Assembly (NCBI GenBank): GCA_048884785.1
Contig: JBHLQM010000079.1
Location: forward strand, 1 to 12,127
Length of the DNA stretch: 12,127 nt
DNA from: Candidatus Thorarchaeota archaeon
GTDB lineage: Archaea > Asgardarchaeota > Thorarchaeia > Thorarchaeales > Thorarchaeaceae
Direction of reading: 5' to 3'
Of the stretch, positions 1-7,700 are shown piece after piece. The notes beneath the pieces were generated by a model, which was not told the DNA's origin, searched no databases, and worked only from the letters and a program-made list of their open reading frames with translations. Numbering within the stretch: position 1 is the stretch's first letter; each line of letters starts with the position of its first letter. Both the position numbers and the translations under genes were made by a program.

Positions 1-1212
1 GATGGTGTCTTAGATGGCATAGAAATCGCACAGGGAACAGACCCATGGCTGACAGATTCGGACTGGGATGGTGTAGCTGATGATGAGGATCCCGATACAC
101 TGAATCCATGGGGCGGACACGTCGCCATTGTATACGATGCAGATGCTTCGAACGCAACAATTGCTTTCGCAGAATTGTTTGGCAACTATTCTCAGGTCAC
201 TGTTTTTGATGCGGATGATTTCCTTGATGTCAGTGAGGACTTCACATATATCGTTCTCATTGGCAGACCGTCATCATCAGCCACTGGAACGGCTGGACTA
301 GTTTATCACTTGCTTGAAGGCACTGGTTCGATGCTAACAACGATGATGGATATCGAGACCGATAACATTGCAGTAAGGTATGGCGTTTGGATGAATCCAC
401 AGACTGTTGTTCTCATGTCTGGTGCAAACACAACTGATGTATTTACAGTTCTTCAGACCATGAAATACTTCGAAGTGAGTCTCTTGCCAGACTCAGTCTT
501 GGTGGAATTCGCAGCGTTTGATTCCGGTCACAATATTTCAGTGGATTATGCCTTTCCTGTAAATACTATTGACACGGTGAAGACCGTAGATGCTGCAATG
601 TTAATCCAGCTCAGTGGACCTGCCACTCCATATGTTCAAATCACCAGGTATAATCATACAACCACTCCACACGCTCTAACCATCACCACTGGTCTGGAAG
701 ATGGCGATACTGCTCTAGGACGATACCTTGATGTCAGCCTAACTATCGCTGGAGCAACACAGGACGTGTTCGAGTCAGCATTGCTAGTAATTTACTACCG
801 AGCTTCAGACCTGGACCTTAATGCAAATGGAATCTTAGGCGACATAGGCGATATCAATGAGAGCACACTCTCGGTGTACCATTTTGATGAGATCCGTGAA
901 GAATGGATGAAAATAACAGACGAATTGAATTGGGTCATCGGTATGGGACAGAATACCACCGATATCTCTGTATTCGGTGAGAACTATGCGGGATACATCT
1001 GGATGCAGGTGACAGATCTTTCAATGTTTGCCATCGCAGGTCAAACGATTCACGTAGGCTTTGGCTTCTTTGAAACCGTGATAGTAATCGCAATCGTAGG
1101 AACCTCAGCTCTGGTTGCAATAGTGGTTGTTCGTCAGTGGAGAAAGAGGCGCATCGACGACAAGCACATGGACCTCCTCTCGTCGCTGCAAGCCTGTCTC
1201 GGATGGATATGA
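1..1212 (+). CDS. C-terminal part (403 aa visible, 5'-truncated by window edge) of a large Ca2+-repeat, TM-anchored surface protein; paralog of 1744-8418
   Basis: Frame 1 is open from base 1 (DGVLDGIEIAQGTDPWLTDSDWDGVADDEDPDTLNPW...), so the 175 start is an artefact. It is colinear with the C-terminus of the 2229-aa ORF (DGVPDGTELATGSNPWSVDSDYDGIPDGEDSDTLEPW...); 50/79 aa are identical in the DLDL...FAxAGQ block by manual count. It ends in a TM helix (VIVIAIVGTSALVAIVVV) plus a basic tail (RQWRKRR). Confidence 0.93.
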   Translation, partial: DGVLDGIEIAQGTDPWLTDSDWDGVADDEDPDTLNPWGGHVAIVYDADASNATIAFAELFGNYSQVTVFDADDFLDVSEDFTYIVLIGRPSSSATGTAGLVYHLLEGTGSMLTTMMDIETDNIAVRYGVWMNPQTVVLMSGANTTDVFTVLQTMKYFEVSLLPDSVLVEFAAFDSGHNISVDYAFPVNTIDTVKTVDAAMLIQLSGPATPYVQITRYNHTTTPHALTITTGLEDGDTALGRYLDVSLTIAGATQDVFESALLVIYYRASDLDLNANGILGDIGDINESTLSVYHFDEIREEWMKITDELNWVIGMGQNTTDISVFGENYAGYIWMQVTDLSMFAIAGQTIHVGFGFFETVIVIAIVGTSALVAIVVVRQWRKRRIDDKHMDLLSSLQACLGWI

Positions 1213-1219
1213 CGATGAG

Positions 1220-1238
1220 ATTCAGCTCTGTGCTGAAT
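1220..1238. terminator. Stem-loop between the gene-1 stop and the relic ligA stop; probable former bidirectional terminator
   Basis: ATTCAGC-tctgt-GCTGAAT, 7 nt after TGA(1212) and 6 nt before the relic stop at 1245. This is the same position as the 8424-8443 hairpin between the paralog and intact ligA. Confidence 0.55.
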
Positions 1239-1244
1239 TGCAGG

Positions 1245-1412
1245 TCACTCAAATGAATCTGAGCTTGAAACTCAGATTCGGATAATATTTTGACACCTAG
1301 GGTATTTGCCCTAGGTGCCACCGGACATGGTACAACGTAGTTTCTATTCCTGCTCACACTTGAAGATGCCTTTCCGACCCATCTCGAAGGTCAGTTATTG
1401 GTTTGACAACCT
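1245..1412 (-). pseudogene. ligA: Decayed, internally deleted 3' fragment of an NAD-dependent DNA ligase (end of OB domain fused to end of BRCT domain)
   Basis: Minus strand 1411-1372 reads VVKPITDLRDGSE (LigA: [13 protein letters not shown]). A different frame from 1375 reads GKASSSVSRNRNYVVPCPVAP----RANTLGVKILSESEF (LigA: [40 protein letters not shown]). There is an exact 13-mer AACTCAGATTCGG at 1269-1281 and 8478-8490, and a relic GAG-TGA at 1250-1245 (LigA ends GAA-TGA), now out of frame. Confidence 0.9.
1379..1412 (+). repeat. 34-bp direct repeat, copy 1 (putative crossover/att-like core)
   Basis: CCATCTCGAAGGTCAGTTATTGGTTTGACAACCT; 33/34 identical to 9270-9303. Confidence 0.95.
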
Positions 1413-1660
1413 TGAAACTATTGTCAGCTGTTGTGGAATCCCCTTTTTTTCAGTGATTTTGGGGTTAGATAGATTACCTCTCTAACCCTCATGATATTGT
1501 GAATATGCTCCTAAACTACTAGGTTCAGCTAATTAAAAAGAGAGTTTTGCAATTCACAATGTTAACCTATTCATTTTTTGGGTAGGCAAATCGCGATGGT
1601 GAAATGGAGATGCATAGGCATACATTGTTGGCTGTGGCAATCTTAGATTTCGAGCTAACA

Positions 1661-1722
1661 CTCGGCATGAACGGCGAAATTTTGGCATTGAATTTGATTC
1701 AGCTGCCGAATCTCGGCATGAA
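1661..1722 (+). promoter_or_regulatory. Direct repeat CTCGGCATGAA x2 upstream of the giant gene; candidate regulator-binding sites
   Basis: Exact 11-mers at 1661-1671 and 1712-1722, a variant TGGCATTGAA at 1683-1692, and an inverted TGCCGA-atc-TCGGCA at 1704-1718. Function is inferred from position only. Confidence 0.35.
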
Positions 1723-1743
1723 ATTCCCATGGGACGTGGTTTC

Positions 1744-4700
1744 ATGAAAAAGAAGATAAATATTCTAGTGGCCGCACTATTCATCATTCTTTTTGTGGGA
1801 TCGGACCTCCGCACAATCTCAAGTTATGGCGAAACAGTTTCCTCTCCCAGCGTAGACGTTGGAAACAGGGAAATAAAGCGTGTACTCTCTAGTACGCCAC
1901 CACCAAGAACACCCGTGGATCTAAGGGAGCTTGTAATCGAATTGCTATCAGTCACGCCTTTGAGTAATCAGAGCGATTCTGATGGGGATCTTCTGTATGA
2001 CGTAGTTGAAGCAGTTATTGGGACAGACCCTACACAAAGTGATACAGATTATGATCAGTTAACCGATTACAACGAAATTATGCTCTTCGGAACAGACCCA
2101 AAGCTTCCTGATTCCAATGATGACGGACTCTTCGACTATGATGAAGTGAGCGTGACACTCGACCTTGACAATGATGCCATACCAAACGCGTGGGATTTTG
2201 ATAATGACAATGATGGAGTAAATGACGCTTCTGATCTATCACCTATGGCAAAATCACACACTCTCCCCTCAATACCCATATCAGTTCATACAGATGGGGA
2301 ACCAACGTATATCACTTTTCAACTTGTGCCTGCAGATATTGAGCATCTGAGGTTTATTTACCAGACTTGGGATTGGGAAGACGATGATCACGATGGACAG
2401 ATGCAGGATTTGGATGGATCAAAAGATGATATCTCTCTGATTCCCTATTTACGGCTTGAAGGCAATATATTTCCAGATCAAGTGGATATGGACGAATTCG
2501 GAATCCTAGGACCAGATGAGGTGGGAGGGATGTGGCAATCAGTGAGTGCCATATCTGTACCACTGTCGCCAGTATTTGAATTTGAGAACATTGTTGCATT
2601 TAATGGCCGAATTCTCTATGCAAGCTCGACACCAGCTGATATCTATTTTCAAGCTAAGCTTGAATGGAGAGTCATAGGAGAAACAGATGTCACAGCATCA
2701 AACATGAAAATCGGTGATGACTACATCTCTTATGGACAAGAAATGATCGCGATAGCAAATGTCAGTGATGAGTACAACGCGGCATTTGTGGAATGGATTA
2801 CTCTAAGTGAAACAGCGAGTATATCGACTATCGCGATAAAAATTATCGATGGACCGTATCTAGCAGTTGCTCCGGATAGCAAGACGCTGGTTTTCAACTC
2901 CACAAACCTTGGGGTACGCGAAACATTCCGATATTATAAAAATCAGAAATGGCTAGAAGATTGTAATGGCAACTTCACCTCTGTGAAGTCAGATGGTACT
3001 TGGGGACTGATACCATATGCTGGTGCAGGTTCCCTTCTATCTGTGATAGACAGGATTGACACTGTCTATGCCCGCAGTATACCCTTGGTCAAGTATACAG
3101 AACCATTCAAGCTGACTGGTTTGACTGTGCAGGAGTTCTATGGTACAGATGTTGGGATATTCTACAATGTCACAGATAAGAACCAAACCATAGCAGGACA
3201 TTGGTTAATGGATTACAGATTCGTGAACAATGCTACAACAACTCTTGAAGACATGCCAACTCTGCTTCAAGATAACGATGTAGCAGTATCACATCTCACA
3301 AGTACTGTACGAGATAAATACGAGTCTTTAGTCGAACTTAGAGAGAATCTAGTACCAGTAGCACTAGATTCAGCAGCTAGTGGAGAAGTGATACCGATTA
3401 CTATCGCAATCGAGGATAGTAGTAAAATTGTGGATTTCTCTGAAACACTAACTGCAACTTACATTCTCAGCGGGACTTGTTCAGTGAATCTTGCATCAGC
3501 TGACTTGGTCACGAGTAAGTCATTGAAGATGAACTGGTATAATTCTTCGACCTATACTGGCCTCAGTCAAGTCGAGATAACCTCCGAGCTGCTAACTTGG
3601 GGTCTTGATGGCAATGCAACATTCAATCTCCAACTCGCACTCATGCGATGGCATACTGGAGAAAACAAGATCACCAAAGTAAATGCAGTAGAGCAAATCA
3701 TGGACACTTTCGATGCTTCTGAGCTTGATACAATCTCATACATCGGTTTGGTGGGACTTGAAACCTTTACACTTGCTGGCAAGTTTATTACAATCTATAA
3801 GAACTGGAAATATTTGAAAGAAATTGCAAATCCAGAATTCTACGACCTCATGTTACATTGCTTGTACAAAATGACAGGAGGGGTTATGTCTAAAACATCA
3901 ATGACAACATATCTATTCAAAAACAGCAAGTTTCTTGCAACTCTTAGGTTTGGAGACCAACTTACAGACTGCGTCAAGTCCTCAAAATATGCTATGTCTT
4001 TCAAAGACTTTGAGTCAGCACTTTTTGTTATCGGAATTATTGTTGAGATAGGCCTCGGTATCGCTGCAGGCTGCATGATTGCGGACCAAATTGGTGGGTC
4101 AGCGGGTCGAGAGTTCGGAACTGCCTATGGAATCCTAGCAGTAATTGTTGGAGTATGGCTTGCAGGAGTCTATGCGCTAATCGGTACTATACCGTTCATA
4201 GGATGGTTGATTTCCTTAGGATGCGCTATCTATGATGCGACCACAAACTTTTCACAGAACATGATAGTAAAGTGGGTTCAAGGGCTGTATGGAAATATCT
4301 GTCGATTAGGACAAACGATTCCGAATGTCTTCGTTGAGAATGTACCTACGATAACCCCCTATGACTTTGATCACAACGGTGTAGATGTCGGAGATTTCAT
4401 TGTAGTGAATGGAACGCTTTGGAATGAAATCGATGTGGTAATCAAATATCTTCCTACGTTTTGGGATATGTTTGATATAGAGAATACTTTCCAGTTCGCG
4501 ATTTTGATGCTTTTAATGAGTTCTCCTGACTACTTTCCTGCGAATTCGGAATATCTTAGCTGGATTCTACCCTATGTGGATATTATTGCACCTGAAGGCT
4601 CAAACTCATACACGCAGCAGGCCCCATCTACATACTGGGAGTACCTTTGGAAAATGGTTCAAGACTACCTCCTGGGAGGTCTTGAAACTCTTGATTACAG

Positions 4701-7700
4701 GCATGAGTATTTCCATAACAGCCAGGGCCATCATTATGTCTATCAGAGAGAATATGCATACAATTCATGGATTATGCCAGGAATTGCGATGGCAGACTTT
4801 CCGATAACAACAAGAATAACTGCATCCTATCGGCTTTCTAATTGGTGGTGGCATTGTCCAGTATGGTACTTCGGTGCAAAATGCTATCACACTGACTGGT
4901 TTGCCAACTATACCCAATTCAGCGTGAACACACAGTACTATGACATATTTCCAGGCACTCTAAATGATTTTCTTTCATGGAAGGAAATCAAACTCAATGA
5001 CCAAGATGGAGATGGTTTGAATGAGACACAGGAGATCGCCCTAGGGACATCACCCGTTGATTATGATACAGATGCAGATGGACTCGATGACAAATATGAA
5101 ATTGACCATGGATACAATCCTACATGGTATGATACTGATTCTGACAAAGTCACAGACTGGTATGAGCTCGTATATGGAACGAATGTAACTGACAGTGATA
5201 CGGATCAGGATGGACTAAGCGATTTCGAAGAATTGTCGGGGTGGATTATCAGCTTCAATTACCTGAACAATGCCTCACTACCATTCCAAATCCATGTCAC
5301 GTCTGATCCAAGGACAAATGATTCGGATGGAGATGCCATTGATGACTTCATAGAATTCAGGTGTGGTACTAATCCTCGCTCCAATGACACCAACGGGGAT
5401 TCTGTACTAGATTCCTCCATACAAGCTTTGGTAGTCTCTGTAGCAAACTATGAAACCCATACTGATATCAATGATATGTCTTGGATTTGGGATGAATCGC
5501 CTCCTACAGCAGTGAGGGACATCGTTGATGATATCGCGATTGACGACGATGGTAATCTGTATATCTCCTGGGGTTCGCCATATGGTGGATACTACCATGG
5601 TTTGAAGAAGTTCTATCCAAATCTGACTGAAATCATTCTACCCTCAACTTCGTATTTTACTGTTGGTGATAGTTCTGAGATTGATGGTATCACCCTTGAG
5701 ATTGCAGTGGATGATGTAAACGACTGGCTCTATATTTGGACATATCGCTGGGACTGGGTTCTGAATCTGGTCCGGTACAACCTAGATGGTTCAGAGCTTA
5801 ATGCTACAGTATACAGCGAAGCAATTACTCCTATTCAAACTGAACCAGATCTGATACCTAGCTATCCAATCTACAGATGCAATCTTGATATTGATATAAA
5901 CGGCAAGATTTACATCTCGAAATATCAATACCTGAGACAAGGAGCAAATGGAGCAGATCCACCATTTATGGTGTATGATTCGAGCGGGACATCACTGGTG
6001 AACTGGAGCACTTTCGGTATTACAGAAGCAACGTTCGATAATCCAGTAGCTGTGACAGTGGATGATGTCAGAGGATTCGCATACATTGCAGACAATGATG
6101 ACCATGGTGGGACAACAAGGATTATCAAGAGGAGTTTGGATGGATCCTACATTGACTCGTTCCCAGCCACCTTTGATTCTATCATAGATCTCGATACAGA
6201 TTCCTACGGATACGTCTATGCCCTCTGCAATATGTCTGATGAATACTGCGTTAGAAGATTCGACAGCAATGGATTAGAAGACGTAGCTTTCACACTCTAT
6301 GGAAACAGCACCTCGAATTTCTATGGTCCTGAAGCACTCGCTATTAGCTCAGCTGATGAGATATACGTTGTCGACACAATTGGCGGGTCCGCTCCTGGCG
6401 TTTCAAGAATCTGGAAATTTACCCAGGATATTACTTTAGTATCTGAGACAGTTTCGGATGCGAATTCTGACTGGGATAATGATGGTTTGACGAACGTTCA
6501 AGAAATCAGTGGATGGGACATTACTGTAGAGTTCAGTCATGGAAGTGAGACCTTTAGAGTCACCAGCAATTACCTCATGAACGATACGGACCTTGACGGT
6601 CTAGGAGACTATCTTGAGTTTACCCTTGGCTCGAACCCTAATATTCCAGACACAGATTTGGATGGTATCACAGATCATCATGAATGGTGGGCGTCAATGT
6701 ATCCTGATGTTCCCTATATGCCACCCACGTTCTCGCCGATCATGCAACCTCCGGGTCAATATAGCAGCTCTATGAGTATGGCTCTAATAGGTCCTTCATT
6801 GACCAATTGGGATACAGATGGTGACCTCTTGCGAGACGGCATAGAGTATACATTCGGGAGTTCACCTGTGAATCCAGACATGGATGGAGATGGTCTCTCA
6901 GACCTGACTGAGTTTCTGTACAACTCCAATCCTAATAGCACGGACACCGATCTCGACGGTGCCAGTGATGCAGAGGAACTTGCTGGGAATTCTAGCTTGC
7001 TCTCACCAGACTCTGATAGTGACCTCATCTTTGATGGAACAGAATACGATATGGGAACTAATGCGACAGATATCGACTCCGATGGCGATGGCATCCCAGA
7101 TGGTTACGAATTGATCTATGTGATTGACCCCATGAACGCTGATTCAGATGGAGATGGTGTACCTGATGATATCGAACTTTCTCTGTACCTAGATCCTCGA
7201 AGTAACGATACTGATAAAGATGGTGTACCAGATGGAACTGAACTTGCGACTGGAAGTAATCCTTGGAGTGTCGATTCAGATTACGATGGAATTCCAGATG
7301 GTGAGGATTCCGATACCCTCGAACCTTGGGATGGAACAATCATTTTGGTATTGGAACCGAACCCATCAAATGAAACCCTCGACTTCGTTTCTACACTTCA
7401 GGGCTATTCGGACGTTATACTTGCATCAGTGGATGAATTGCTAAGTGATTATAGTGATGAACCATATGTTGTTCTAGTTGGACAACCAGATCCAAATAGC
7501 TATTCTGTTGAAGGCCTGATGTACGACCTTCTAGTGGATACTGGTGACATTTTAGATAGGATGATGGAGGAATACTCACGCTCAGTTGCAACACGCTTGG
7601 GAGTTTGGACGGAAACCCAAACAGTACTGATGCTAGCGTCAGCGTTTCCAGAAGATGCCCTGCTGATTCTCCAACTCCTCAAAGGAAGAAATGCGACAGT

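Noticed and set aside
1210-1320. Selenocysteine or other readthrough of gene-1 TGA (several in-frame TGAs followed by hairpins)
   Set aside because: The protein is already complete relative to its paralog, the downstream DNA is explained as antisense ligA relic, and no SECIS consensus was recognised.
935-1357. 140-aa minus-strand ORF as a real gene
   Set aside because: Only its first ~30 aa are meaningful (the ligA BRCT relic). The rest is frameshifted run-through antisense to gene 1.
1379-1412. 34-mer as a self-targeting CRISPR spacer or mini-array
   Set aside because: It has no flanking identical repeats, there are no cas genes, the neighbouring hairpins differ in sequence, and it is colinear with further ligA relic sequence.
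1355-1492. 45-aa minus-strand ORF MRVREVIY...VVKPITDLRDGSERHLQV
   Set aside because: It is a short chance fusion into the relic. Similarity of its N-terminus to LigA VVVRGEVY is too weak to claim.
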